DNA of 32,000 bases from positions 1 to 32,000 of the forward strand of contig CAYJVY010000009.1 of assembly GCA_964373795.1 (NCBI GenBank), in the 5' to 3' direction. Source of the stretch: an uncultured archaeon (GTDB lineage: Archaea; Iainarchaeota; Iainarchaeia; Iainarchaeales; DATDZZ01). Within the stretch, counting starts at the first letter, position 1. The number at the start of each line of letters is the position of its first letter. A program made the position numbers and the translations under genes. The notes beneath the pieces are model-generated. The model saw only the letters and a list, made by a program, of their open reading frames with translations, did not search any database and was not told the DNA's origin. Shown here one piece after another: positions 24,226 to 32,000 of this stretch.

Positions 24226-24960
24226 TTATTTTTTTTCCTTATTTAAAAATTCAATTATTGAATTAGTTAGATTGCTTAAATGCGCGTTTTGTTCAATTTT
24301 TTTAATTGTTTTAATTGCTAGTTCAGTGTTTCCGCCTTTAATCCAAATATATCCATTTCTTCCAACTAGTAAATGGCTTCCAGTTCCTTCTTTTATTGCA
24401 TTTAGCATTGAACCATTTTTTCCAATTAGTCTTGGAATTTTTACTGGACTAATTAAAACAATTTCTCCTTTATCAAATACTCTTGGATCGGATAATTCTA
24501 CATCATTTAATTCGTTTACATAGTTTACTCTTGCAGAAATAATTGTTCCGCGTTTTAATTCATATCTAATATATTCTTTTGAAATGAATGAGTCTTTAAA
24601 TGAATTTATATCCAAAATATATCCATTAAATGTTTGATTAATTACTATTCCTACAATGATGTCGTTTATTCTTGGCAAGTATTTTCCTTCCAAAGGAATA
24701 ACTGATATGAAGTCGTTTGACTCTGTTAATAATCCTAGTGAAGTGGAATAAATTTTTCCTTCTCTTAAAAAAACGTTTGATCCGACTTTTTTTCTTTGAT
24801 CTGTTATTAGTTCTCCTGGAATAACTATTTTTTTAGTTGCTTCAGGTAATTCTTCTTTTTCAACTGATTTGATTACTTGAATATCTTCTTTTTCTACTTC
24901 TAATTGTTCTTCTAATTCTTCTAGTTTTGGTTCTTCTTTTTTTTCTTTTGCTTTATTCAA
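24226..24960 (-). CDS. rrp4: Exosome RNA-binding subunit Rrp4 (S1 + KH)
   Basis: VIPGELI, S1 domain (NDIIVGIVI...GYILDI), KH domain (RLIGKNGSMLNAIKEGTG). TTG start, 5 nt after AGGTGA. Confidence 0.9.
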   Translation of the reverse strand: MNKAKEKKEEPKLEELEEQLEVEKEDIQVIKSVEKEELPEATKKIVIPGELITDQRKKVGSNVFLREGKIYSTSLGLLTESNDFISVIPLEGKYLPRINDIIVGIVINQTFNGYILDINSFKDSFISKEYIRYELKRGTIISARVNYVNELNDVELSDPRVFDKGEIVLISPVKIPRLIGKNGSMLNAIKEGTGSHLLVGRNGYIWIKGGNTELAIKTIKKIEQNAHLSNLTNSIIEFLNKEKK

Positions 24961-24972
24961 TTATTTCACCTT

Positions 24973-25674
24973 TTAATTTGATTTAACTATTTTTGATTCT
25001 ACTTCTCCGTGAGTAATTTTGCTTAATTCTCCTAATAATTCTTGTTTTAATCCTGCAGGCAATTCAATTAATGCAATTAAGCTTCCATCTGATTGCCATT
25101 CTTCTTTTAAAATTTTATAACTTCTATGCAGCATTGAAGCAGCTTTTCCTGCATGCATTGAAGGAATTCTTACTGCAATGCTTAGTTTTTCCATTGAAAT
25201 TGGAATTAATTTTCTTATTTCTGGAATGATTTTGTTTACTTGTTCTGCAACTGATTTCATTGGATCAATTGTAATTTTTGCTTCATTTAATGCATTGTCA
25301 ATTCTTTGAGGTGGATGAGGAGCATTTGCTTGAGGGTTAACTGCATTTCTTGAAATAAAGTCAATTATTTCTTTTCTTTTTTGTTCAACAAATTTTTTTC
25401 TTTGATCTGTTGTTAATTGAACTTCTCCTTTTAAAATAATTTTTTTTGTAATTTCTTGAACATCTGTTGTTCCAAAAGATTTTGTTAAAGATTCTGGAGA
25501 CGCTTCATTTCCTTTATGTGCATCCTTGAATACTGTGTCAGCTGCAAGCAATTCATTGAATGAAACTTGTTCTCCTTGTTTTAACTTAAAAGCTAAATCT
25601 GGGTCTACAAGTACTTCAAATTTTTCTCCACTAAATTCAAATCTAGCAACAACTGCTTTTTCTAATTTAACCAT
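24973..25674 (-). CDS. sdo1: SBDS-family ribosome maturation protein (Sdo1)
   Basis: AVVARFEFSGEKFEVLVDPDLAFKLKQG plus a conserved central domain. Its superoperon position is between psmA and rrp4. Confidence 0.9.
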   Translation of the reverse strand: MVKLEKAVVARFEFSGEKFEVLVDPDLAFKLKQGEQVSFNELLAADTVFKDAHKGNEASPESLTKSFGTTDVQEITKKIILKGEVQLTTDQRKKFVEQKRKEIIDFISRNAVNPQANAPHPPQRIDNALNEAKITIDPMKSVAEQVNKIIPEIRKLIPISMEKLSIAVRIPSMHAGKAASMLHRSYKILKEEWQSDGSLIALIELPAGLKQELLGELSKITHGEVESKIVKSN

Positions 25675-25713
25675 TTAAAACCATTTAAAGGATTTAATTC
25701 TCTGAAATTTAAT

Positions 25714-26442
25714 TCATTTTTTGCTTAAATAAGATTTAAGTTTTTCAGGTTGAATCCAGTTAAACATTGTTTCTCTATCAATATAAGCAAAATCTAATCT
25801 ATTTAAGTCAAGTTTTTCTTTTTCCTCTAATCCTTGCTCTAATGCTTCAAGCATTAAAGCAATTCCTTCCTCTAAAGTTAATCCTTCCTTGAATTTTGTT
25901 TCAAAGACTTTCATTGCTTCTTTTTTCTTTTGACCAATTGCTATTGCCTTGTATTCAGCTAATGCTCCTGAAGGCTCTGTTTCAAACAATCTAAACCCAG
26001 TATCATCTACTCCTCCAATAATTAATGACACTCCAAAAGGTCTAGTTCCTCCGTATTGAGTATGAGCTTGCTTTATTGAAGAAACCTCTTTTACAAGTGT
26101 TTCAACATGAATTGATTGATCGTAATACATTTCATTTTGCTGAGCTTCTTGCCTTGCTAGTTGAACTAATCTTCTTGCATCTCCAACTAATCCGCTTGAA
26201 ACAGCTGCTACATGGTCAGAGATTTTAAACAATTTTTCAATTGACTTTGGAATTAATAAATTTGATAAAACCTTTTTATCAGTTCCAAACAAAACTCCTT
26301 TATTGTAAACCAATCCACACCCCAAAGTTCCTTGTGCAACAATCTTTGAAGCATATTCTACTTGATAAAGTCTTCCATCAGGGGAAAACATTGTTGCAAC
26401 CTTATCATATGCAACTGCTTTTCCGCCACCCATTGGATACAA
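25714..26442 (-). CDS. psmA: Proteasome alpha subunit
   Basis: AYDKVATMFSPDGRLYQVEYA, GLVGDARRLV, and YGGTRPFGVSLIIGG. The track start is TTG 26442; ATG 26433 (MGGGKAVAYD) is an alternative. Confidence 0.92.
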   Translation of the reverse strand: MYPMGGGKAVAYDKVATMFSPDGRLYQVEYASKIVAQGTLGCGLVYNKGVLFGTDKKVLSNLLIPKSIEKLFKISDHVAAVSSGLVGDARRLVQLARQEAQQNEMYYDQSIHVETLVKEVSSIKQAHTQYGGTRPFGVSLIIGGVDDTGFRLFETEPSGALAEYKAIAIGQKKKEAMKVFETKFKEGLTLEEGIALMLEALEQGLEEKEKLDLNRLDFAYIDRETMFNWIQPEKLKSYLSKK

Positions 26443-26533
26443 TTAGCACCACTCCATTAAACTCTCTTTAAACATTTTATTTTCTCTCTCAAAACTATTG
26501 AATATAATAAGATAAAATATATAAACTCTTCTC

Positions 26534-26662
26534 TCAAGGTTCAGTCCTTGAAGCGCCGAGCAGCCGGCGAGGCTGAGTGTTCGTATGGGCATTGCGCTTG
26601 CCGCGCGAGACGGCAACTAAAGGCCAGTGTCAGCCTTGCATCCACCTGGTGTGATGGCGCTT
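26534..26662 (-). ncRNA. Unassigned GC-rich structured RNA candidate (112-nt multi-hairpin core plus flanking hairpin)
   Basis: The core 26551-26662 has 70/112 G+C. The closing helix is AAGCGCC/GGCGCTT. The internal hairpins lie at 26561-26575, 26598-26616 and 26620-26637, and a flanking hairpin lies at 26534-26551. The strand call is tentative: on the minus strand the flanking hairpin is followed by a T-rich run. No known family was recognised by eye. Confidence 0.5.
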
Positions 26663-27003
26663 TACTCAGTTCCTTTAATTGTTCCGCTTACAGTTAAAAT
26701 GAATGGAATTACTGTTATTCCTTTAACTTCTTTCAAGAAAAGCAAGCCTGCTTTTACTTGTTCCACTTCTTCTAATGCACAGCGTAAAACGCCTTGGTTT
26801 TTCTCTGAATCAAATTTCACTAACCAAATTTTTTGTTTTGCAGTTCCAAGTTCTCCAAATAATTGTAGAAACTGTTTCCATAAAGCAATTGAAACATCTC
26901 TTTCGATTAATTTTTCTTTGCAAATTAATTCAAATTTAATGTAACGCTTTTTTCCTCTCAAGGAAAGCGGAATCGGATTTAATGAAATTTTTTCATTAGC
27001 CAT
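26662..27003 (-). CDS. rnp2: RNase P protein component 2 (Pop5 homologue)
   Basis: At 113 aa, with KKRYIKFELI...ALWKQFLQLFGELG typical of archaeal Pop5. Its position is directly upstream of psmA. Confidence 0.75.
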   Translation of the reverse strand: MANEKISLNPIPLSLRGKKRYIKFELICKEKLIERDVSIALWKQFLQLFGELGTAKQKIWLVKFDSEKNQGVLRCALEEVEQVKAGLLFLKEVKGITVIPFILTVSGTIKGTE

Positions 27004-27015
27004 AAAATCATTTCA

Positions 27016-27813
27016 CTACAAATTCTTTTTAATAAAATGTATTACTGAATCAATTAATTCTTTGAAGAAAGGTTGTTCGAAAAACAAGTGATCTCCGCCT
27101 TCAATTAACTTTAACTCTTTATTGCATTCAAGTAATTCAAACAATTTCTTTGAATGATTTACTGAAACTATTTCATCCTTTGTTCCATGAATAATTAATG
27201 TATTTGCTTTAATTTTTTTCGCGTTTCCGTAAACAAGGTCATTCTTTACTCCATCTTCCAGAAAAGAGTAATTAATTTTGAATTTATTTCCTTTCTTGTC
27301 CTCAACAAATGCATATCCTGTTTTCTTCCACTCTTCAATTGATCTGTCCAAAATTTTTCTAATAACGTATTCCTTGAAATTGCTTAAAGCAGCTACAAGA
27401 ATTAATACTTTCACTTTTTTAGGGTTTTGAATGCAGTAAAGCAGTGAATCAAATCCTCCTAAACTTGATCCAATTAATGCAATTCTTTTTGCATTCAATC
27501 TTGGATGGCTTTTAACAAACTCAATTAATGCTTGTAATTCTTTTACTTGCTGTGAAGCAATTGTTTCCTCAAACCTTCCATTGGATTCTCCGTGCCCTGA
27601 AAAATCAAACCTTAAACAAGCAATTCCTTGCTTTGGAAGTTTTGAACTTAATTCTACTGCTTTTTTAGAGTTTTTCCCGCTCACAAATCCATGAACAAAT
27701 AACACTACTGGAAATTTTTCCTTGCTTTTCATTTCAGGCAAATGCAAAACACAAGAGAGTTTTTCATTTTTGTTATTCAAAATAGTTAGCTTTTCTTGCA
27801 ATTTACTCGCCAA
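27016..27813 (-). CDS. Alpha/beta-fold hydrolase
   Basis: HGFVSGK oxyanion region, nucleophile elbow GSSLGG, and C-terminal GGDHLF (catalytic His). TTG start, 11-nt overlap with coaD. Confidence 0.8.
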   Translation of the reverse strand: MASKLQEKLTILNNKNEKLSCVLHLPEMKSKEKFPVVLFVHGFVSGKNSKKAVELSSKLPKQGIACLRFDFSGHGESNGRFEETIASQQVKELQALIEFVKSHPRLNAKRIALIGSSLGGFDSLLYCIQNPKKVKVLILVAALSNFKEYVIRKILDRSIEEWKKTGYAFVEDKKGNKFKINYSFLEDGVKNDLVYGNAKKIKANTLIIHGTKDEIVSVNHSKKLFELLECNKELKLIEGGDHLFFEQPFFKELIDSVIHFIKKNL

Positions 27814-28294
27814 ATTTTTGTTTTAATTTTTTTTCCACGCATTCCGGAACAAATTCAGAAACACTTCCCTTCAAAGAAGCAATTTCTCTTACAATATTTG
27901 AACTTAAAAATAAGTATTTAGTTGAAGTCATAATAAAAATAGTGTCAACCTCTGGATTCAAGGTTCTATTAGTTAAATCATATTGTAATTCGTAATCAAA
28001 ATCTGATACTGCTCTTAAACCTCTAATAATTATTTTTGAATTATTTTCTTTAACAAATTCTACTAACAAGTTTGAAAAAGATTTTACTTCAACATTTTTT
28101 AATCCAATTTCTTTAATTGCTTCTTTAACTAACTGCATTCTTTCCTCTAACGAAAACAATGGTTTTTTGTTTCTATTATCTGATTTAGCTACTCCCACAA
28201 TTACTTTGTCAAATAAATTTAATGATCTTTGCAGTATATCTAAATGTCCATTAGTAATTGGATCAAATGTTCCAGGATAAACAGCTGTTTTCAT
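27803..28294 (-). CDS. coaD: Phosphopantetheine adenylyltransferase, bacterial type
   Basis: AVYPGTFDPITNGHLDI (T/HxGH) and RGLRAVSDFDYE closely match bacterial CoaD. ATGA overlap with coaE. Confidence 0.9.
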   Translation of the reverse strand: MKTAVYPGTFDPITNGHLDILQRSLNLFDKVIVGVAKSDNRNKKPLFSLEERMQLVKEAIKEIGLKNVEVKSFSNLLVEFVKENNSKIIIRGLRAVSDFDYELQYDLTNRTLNPEVDTIFIMTSTKYLFLSSNIVREIASLKGSVSEFVPECVEKKLKQKFGE

Positions 28295-28857
28295 TTATTT
28301 AACTCCTTTAAAAAATTATTAATTAAAATAACTTGTTTTGCAGTTGACTTAATTAATCCATCGTTATACACTATGATGTCTGCATTTTTTAGTTTTTTTT
28401 GTAAAGGAATTTGAGCCTTAATTCTTTTAAGCACTTCTTTTTTAGTCAAACCTTTTTTTAACAATCTTTTTAATTGATTTTTTTTACTGCATTTCACTAC
28501 AATTATTGAATCAAACAAATTCGCGCACTGAGTTTCAAACAATAAAGGAATATCTACAATCAATGTCTTGTTTTGCTTTCTGTGAATTGAAATAATTTTT
28601 TTTAACTTCATTAAAACAATTGGGTGAACAATTGCATTCAATTTTTTTAAAGCATTTTTTGATGAAAAAACTTTTTCGCTTAATTGTTTTGAATTCAGAG
28701 TTCCAAATTCTTTTAAAACCTGTTTTTTAATTTCTTTTTTTTTCATTACTTTTTTTGCAAGTTTATCGATGTCTAGTGTTTCGTTTTCAAGGTGTTTGAA
28801 TATATTTGTAACAGTTGTTTTTCCGCACCCAATTGAAGAAGTTATTGCAATAATCAT
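28291..28857 (-). CDS. coaE: Dephospho-CoA kinase, bacterial type
   Basis: P-loop ITSSIGCGKTTV and DIPLLFET. The size and layout are those of CoaE. Confidence 0.8.
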   Translation of the reverse strand: MIIAITSSIGCGKTTVTNIFKHLENETLDIDKLAKKVMKKKEIKKQVLKEFGTLNSKQLSEKVFSSKNALKKLNAIVHPIVLMKLKKIISIHRKQNKTLIVDIPLLFETQCANLFDSIIVVKCSKKNQLKRLLKKGLTKKEVLKRIKAQIPLQKKLKNADIIVYNDGLIKSTAKQVILINNFLKELNK

Positions 28858-28866
28858 TTTTTTTCC

Positions 28867-29592
28867 TCAAAAATTTTTGTCTTCTAATATGAAATAAATT
28901 CTTTTATTATTTGTTCCTTTGTTTTTTGTTTTAGTGATTTTTATTTTACCAATTTCTGAAGTGTTTTTTACATGTGTTCCTCCGTCTGCTTGAACATCAA
29001 AATCTCCTATTGAAACAATTCTAAAAACTTGAATATCTTTTGGCATGACATCTTTTAATTTGAATAAAGCGGGATTTTTTAGTGCTTCTGTTCTTGGCAA
29101 AAATTGAATTGATGAATCTAAGTTTCTGGAAATAACTTCATTAGTTTTTTCTTCAAACACTTTAACCATTTCAGGATTAAAGTTTTCAATATTGAAATCC
29201 ATTTTGGATTCATCTAAATCTATTTGGTTTCCAGTGGTTAAAGCACTTGTTTCTTTGAAAATAACTTCAGACAAAACATGCAAAGCAGTGTGCATTTTCA
29301 TCAATTGATATCTCCTTTCCCAGTCAATTATGCCTTTAACTTTTTCTCCTACTTTTAGTTCGGATGCGTTTTCAACTTCGTGTGAAACGGTTTCACCAAA
29401 TTGTTTTACGAAAACGACTTTGAATTCTTTTCCATTTACAAGAATTTTTCCTGTATCGTGTGGTTGTCCTCCGCTTACTGGATAAAAAGCAGTTTTATCT
29501 AATTCAACAAATTTTCCTTCCTTGATCTCCAAAACTTTTGCATTGAATTCTTTTAAATAAGAATCTTTTAAATACATTTTTTCGGTTTCCAT
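28867..29592 (-). CDS. alaX: Alanyl-tRNA editing protein AlaX-M
   Basis: FYPVSGGQPHDTG, zinc motif HTALHVL, and ADGGTHV. Confidence 0.85.
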   Translation of the reverse strand: METEKMYLKDSYLKEFNAKVLEIKEGKFVELDKTAFYPVSGGQPHDTGKILVNGKEFKVVFVKQFGETVSHEVENASELKVGEKVKGIIDWERRYQLMKMHTALHVLSEVIFKETSALTTGNQIDLDESKMDFNIENFNPEMVKVFEEKTNEVISRNLDSSIQFLPRTEALKNPALFKLKDVMPKDIQVFRIVSIGDFDVQADGGTHVKNTSEIGKIKITKTKNKGTNNKRIYFILEDKNF

Positions 29593-29604
29593 TTATTTTT
29601 CAAC

Positions 29605-30222
29605 TCATGAATGTAAAATGAATTTTTTTCCTTGTTCTAATGAGAATCCAAGCATTACTGCAAAAGAACTTAAATCTTTTAATGATCTTAATTCAATTAC
29701 TTCTTTTGCGCCGGAAAAAAACAATGGCTCTACTTTAAATCTTTTTAATAATTTAATTACAAATAAAGTGTTTTTTAGCAGTAATGATTTTTGCAGGCCT
29801 TGTACTGAATTAAATTCTTTGAATAAAAAAACTATTTTCACATTGTTTTCTTTTGCTAACCTAGCAATTGCTGTATCAAATTCTAGTTTTCCAGAGCCAA
29901 ATGGTTGAAGTAAAAAATCAATGTTTTTTTGAGAAACTGCAAATTTGTTTAATGAAATGCTTTTTCCTTGAACTGCAATAAAATTAACTAATTGTCTGAA
30001 TTCTTTTAATTCATTTGGGTTTGCTTTTTCTAGTACTTGACAGAATTGAAAATTTTTTTCTGGAAAGTTTTTTTCCACAAATTGCTTTAATTCTTTTAAC
30101 TCGTTTTTAGAGAAATTTTTTGCAAGAATTAATTGCATGGTGCCTAAAACCTTTGCTGTTTCCAAAAATTCCTTTAAATCACTTTTTCTTTCAAAAAAAA
30201 CCAAATCAGTTGTTTTAGTCAT
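29605..30222 (-). CDS. rnp3: RNase P protein component 3 (Rpp30 homologue)
   Basis: The pattern FDTAIARLAKENNVKIVFLF...FFSGAKEVIELRSLKDLSSFAVMLGF parallels archaeal Rpp30 (PH1877-like D..LA..N.VA..F...F.SSGA...R.P.DL.S....LG). Its superoperon position fits. Confidence 0.65.
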   Translation of the reverse strand: MTKTTDLVFFERKSDLKEFLETAKVLGTMQLILAKNFSKNELKELKQFVEKNFPEKNFQFCQVLEKANPNELKEFRQLVNFIAVQGKSISLNKFAVSQKNIDFLLQPFGSGKLEFDTAIARLAKENNVKIVFLFKEFNSVQGLQKSLLLKNTLFVIKLLKRFKVEPLFFSGAKEVIELRSLKDLSSFAVMLGFSLEQGKKFILHS

Positions 30223-30334
30223 TATGTTATTTACTTTAATTAACTTATTAAAAATAGTGTAGTGATTAAGACATTAATTATTTTTCTTCTAATTTTTTGT
30301 GGTGGAAACTTTTATATTAAAGTAAGCGCTAATA

Positions 30335-30928
30335 ATGCTCATGAAATTAAATTCAATTCAAGTTTTAGTTTTAATCTTAATAGTGTTTGTTTTAGCTAGT
30401 GGGTGTGTTTTAAATCAATCTGCCTCAAAATTAACTGATTCAACAGCTGGGCAACCAAAGCTTGGAACAAAAACAGAGCTTAAACTAACTAGCTCAGCAT
30501 TTAATGATGGCGAATTCATTCCATTCAAGTATAGTTGTGAAGGAGGAAACAATAGTCCTCCATTAGAAATTACTGGCTTGCCTCAAGAGACTAAGAGTTT
30601 GGTTTTAATAATGGACGATCCAGATGCAGTTGAAGTTGTTGGATTTATTTTTAATCATTGGACTGTATTTAACATTGATCCTTCTACTACTTCAATTAAA
30701 GAAAATCAAAAATTTGGAACTCTGGGAACTACTGGGGCGAACGAAAAAGCTTATTTAGGGCCTTGTCCTCCGCCTCCTAGAACTCATACTTATTCTTTTA
30801 AGTTGTATGCTCTTGGTTCAACTTTGAGTGTTTTTGAAGGCGTAACGAGAGATGAAGTTGTAAAAGCAATGCAGGGAAAAATTCTTGCACAAACAGAGTT
30901 AAAAGGTAAATATAAGAGTTCTGGGTAA
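30335..30928 (+). CDS. PEBP (YbhB/YbcL, Raf-kinase-inhibitor-like) family lipoprotein
   Basis: Signal peptide with lipobox VLASGC. PEBP motifs LIMDDPDA, HWTVFNI and GPCPPPPRTHTYSFKLYAL. Confidence 0.85.
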   Translation: MLMKLNSIQVLVLILIVFVLASGCVLNQSASKLTDSTAGQPKLGTKTELKLTSSAFNDGEFIPFKYSCEGGNNSPPLEITGLPQETKSLVLIMDDPDAVEVVGFIFNHWTVFNIDPSTTSIKENQKFGTLGTTGANEKAYLGPCPPPPRTHTYSFKLYALGSTLSVFEGVTRDEVVKAMQGKILAQTELKGKYKSSG

Positions 30929-30952
30929 ATGGCAAAAATAGTGAAAAAGATT

Positions 30953-31564
30953 TTATTTTGCATGCCTGTTATGAGCTCTTAATGAAGGCCTGTTCTTGGA
31001 TCTTTTTCTTTTAGATTTGTCTTTTAATCCTCTGGATTTTTTTTGAGCTGAAGTTAAACCTCTTAAAGCTCTTTTAGTATGTTGTCTTTCAAAAACCCAG
31101 TTTAATTCTTTATCTGATCTAACTGTTGGAGCCCAAGGATCAACTAATATTACTTCAAAGTAATGATTTTTCCCATCTTCTCCAATGTAGTAAGAATTTA
31201 ATACTTCCATGTTTGGATATTTTTTTTGAACTCTTTGTTCAGCTATTCCTTGAATTGACATTCTTCTAGTTAACTTGTTTACTCCCATTCTTTTAGGTCT
31301 TCGTCCCCATCTAGGTCTTCTAAATAATCCTGTTCCTTTTCTGATTCTAATTCTTGCAACAATTATTCCTTGTTTTGCTTTATAGCCAAGTTGTCTTGCT
31401 CTAGGCAAATTAGTTGGATGCTCGACTCTTACAATTGCGTTTTTTTCTTTTCGAAACCCAATTAATCTTTGCCTGTAAATTTCGGCATAATCGTATTCCT
31501 TGTCTTCAACTCCTTTAAACTCTTTTTGAAAAGTTTCTTTAATGAGTTGAGTTGCAGTATTCAT
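30953..31564 (-). CDS. rpl15e: Ribosomal protein L15e
   Basis: RARQLGYKAKQGIIVARIRIRKG, RRPKRMG, and YFEVILVDP are canonical for eL15. Confidence 0.92.
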   Translation of the reverse strand: MNTATQLIKETFQKEFKGVEDKEYDYAEIYRQRLIGFRKEKNAIVRVEHPTNLPRARQLGYKAKQGIIVARIRIRKGTGLFRRPRWGRRPKRMGVNKLTRRMSIQGIAEQRVQKKYPNMEVLNSYYIGEDGKNHYFEVILVDPWAPTVRSDKELNWVFERQHTKRALRGLTSAQKKSRGLKDKSKRKRSKNRPSLRAHNRHAK

Positions 31565-31698
31565 TCAAAATTCACTCCAAAAAATCGAACAATAAATCTG
31601 GTTACATTTTAACATTTAATTAATAATTATTTGTTGAAAGCAATACTTTAAAAGCCTTGTTTCAAAAGCAATTTCTACATAATTTTTTTAATTCATTT

Positions 31699-32000
31699 TT
31701 ATTTTTTTAATAATACTTTTAATGAAAATATGTGTAAGAGAATTGATAATGGCACGGCAAAAGCTGGAACCATTACAAGTGGAAAAGCTGTAACTAATTT
31801 GTTTTGGTTATTTAACGCCAAGACTTGAATTGCGCTTGGACTAGTTAAAATTCCTAAAGTTAAAGCCAATAACAAGTCTGCTATTCCAAGATAATTCCAT
31901 GCAATTGCAATTTCTCTTGCAAATATTTTTTTCTTTAAATACATGAATGCAATTATTGGAGCTGTAAATCCCACAATTATATCTCCAACCCCTGTAGGAA
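31699..32000 (-). CDS. Hypothetical integral membrane protein, 5' end outside window
   Basis: The frame stays open upstream of the track GTG (31974) to the window edge (…PTGVGDIIVGFTAP…). The sequence is hydrophobic throughout. Confidence 0.5.
   Translation of the reverse strand, partial: PTGVGDIIVGFTAPIIAFMYLKKKIFAREIAIAWNYLGIADLLLALTLGILTSPSAIQVLALNNQNKLVTAFPLVMVPAFAVPLSILLHIFSLKVLLKK

Noticed and set aside
23343-24266. Plus-strand ORFs 23343..23744, 23657..23893, 23757..23969 and 23997..24266
   Set aside because: They lie antisense to rrp42 and rrp41. Their products are Leu/Phe-rich low-complexity sequences, as expected from reading K/E-rich genes backwards.
26551-26662. GC-rich element as tRNA (possibly intron-containing or split), 5S rRNA, RNase P RNA or SRP RNA
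   Set aside because: It is not a tRNA: neither strand has a 7-nt T-loop of the TTCRA type, and the 7-nt loop CGCGAGA/UCUCGCG lacks U33. A D-arm can be drawn on the plus strand, but the anticodon and T arms fail. It is not 5S: the CCCAUACGAAC string sits near the 3' end, and no helix II/III pairing is present. It is not RNase P or SRP RNA: at 112 nt it is too short and lacks GGAAAGUCC / ACAGAA and the GNAR plus AGCA helix-8 motifs. It is therefore left unassigned.
26627-26944. 105-aa plus-strand ORF
   Set aside because: It lies antisense to the well-supported Pop5 gene and starts inside the GC-rich RNA element. It has no RBS and is a shadow frame.

Overview
AT-rich (about 30% G+C from hand-counted stretches), gene-dense archaeal chromosome segment. 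It reads in the standard code and has Shine-Dalgarno-like sites (GGAGG, AGGTGA) and many 1-11 nt gene overlaps. Layout: (1) 1-7.9 kb holds mixed housekeeping genes (TatD, a compact RNase HIII-like protein, a prenol-kinase-like membrane protein, tRNA-Arg(CCU), an ATP-grasp protein, a methyltransferase) plus a two-gene surface-protein operon. (2) 8.0-12.25 kb is a complete riboflavin operon of mixed ancestry: an archaeal RbkR/CTP-dependent riboflavin kinase, a fused archaeal riboflavin synthase plus lumazine synthase, RidA, and bacterial-type RibBA and RibD. (3) 12.27-16.3 kb is a block of six ORFs with no family I can recognise. Its centre is a 537-aa Arg/Gly/Ala-rich protein with strong expression signals, and it also contains a 42-nt GC-rich element. 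(4) 16.3-19.7 kb holds a class V aminotransferase/cysteine desulfurase, a TrmB regulator, a gamma-carbonic-anhydrase-like protein and one unknown ORF. (5) 19.9-31.6 kb, almost all on the minus strand, is the conserved archaeal exosome/proteasome/RNase P superoperon: L15e, Rpp30, Pop5, PsmA, SBDS, Rrp4, Rrp41, Rrp42, L37Ae, RpoP, Brix, Pcc1, prefoldin beta, then a DHH phosphoesterase. Here it is interrupted by alaX, bacterial-type coaE and coaD, an alpha/beta hydrolase and a PEBP lipoprotein gene. The candidates for something new are a 112-nt, 62% G+C multi-hairpin RNA-like element that starts at the Pop5 stop codon, and the ORFan block around 13291-14904. I found no CRISPR array, transposase, integrase or recognisable defence gene. 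The lineage guess (a small-genome, DPANN-like archaeon) is inference only.
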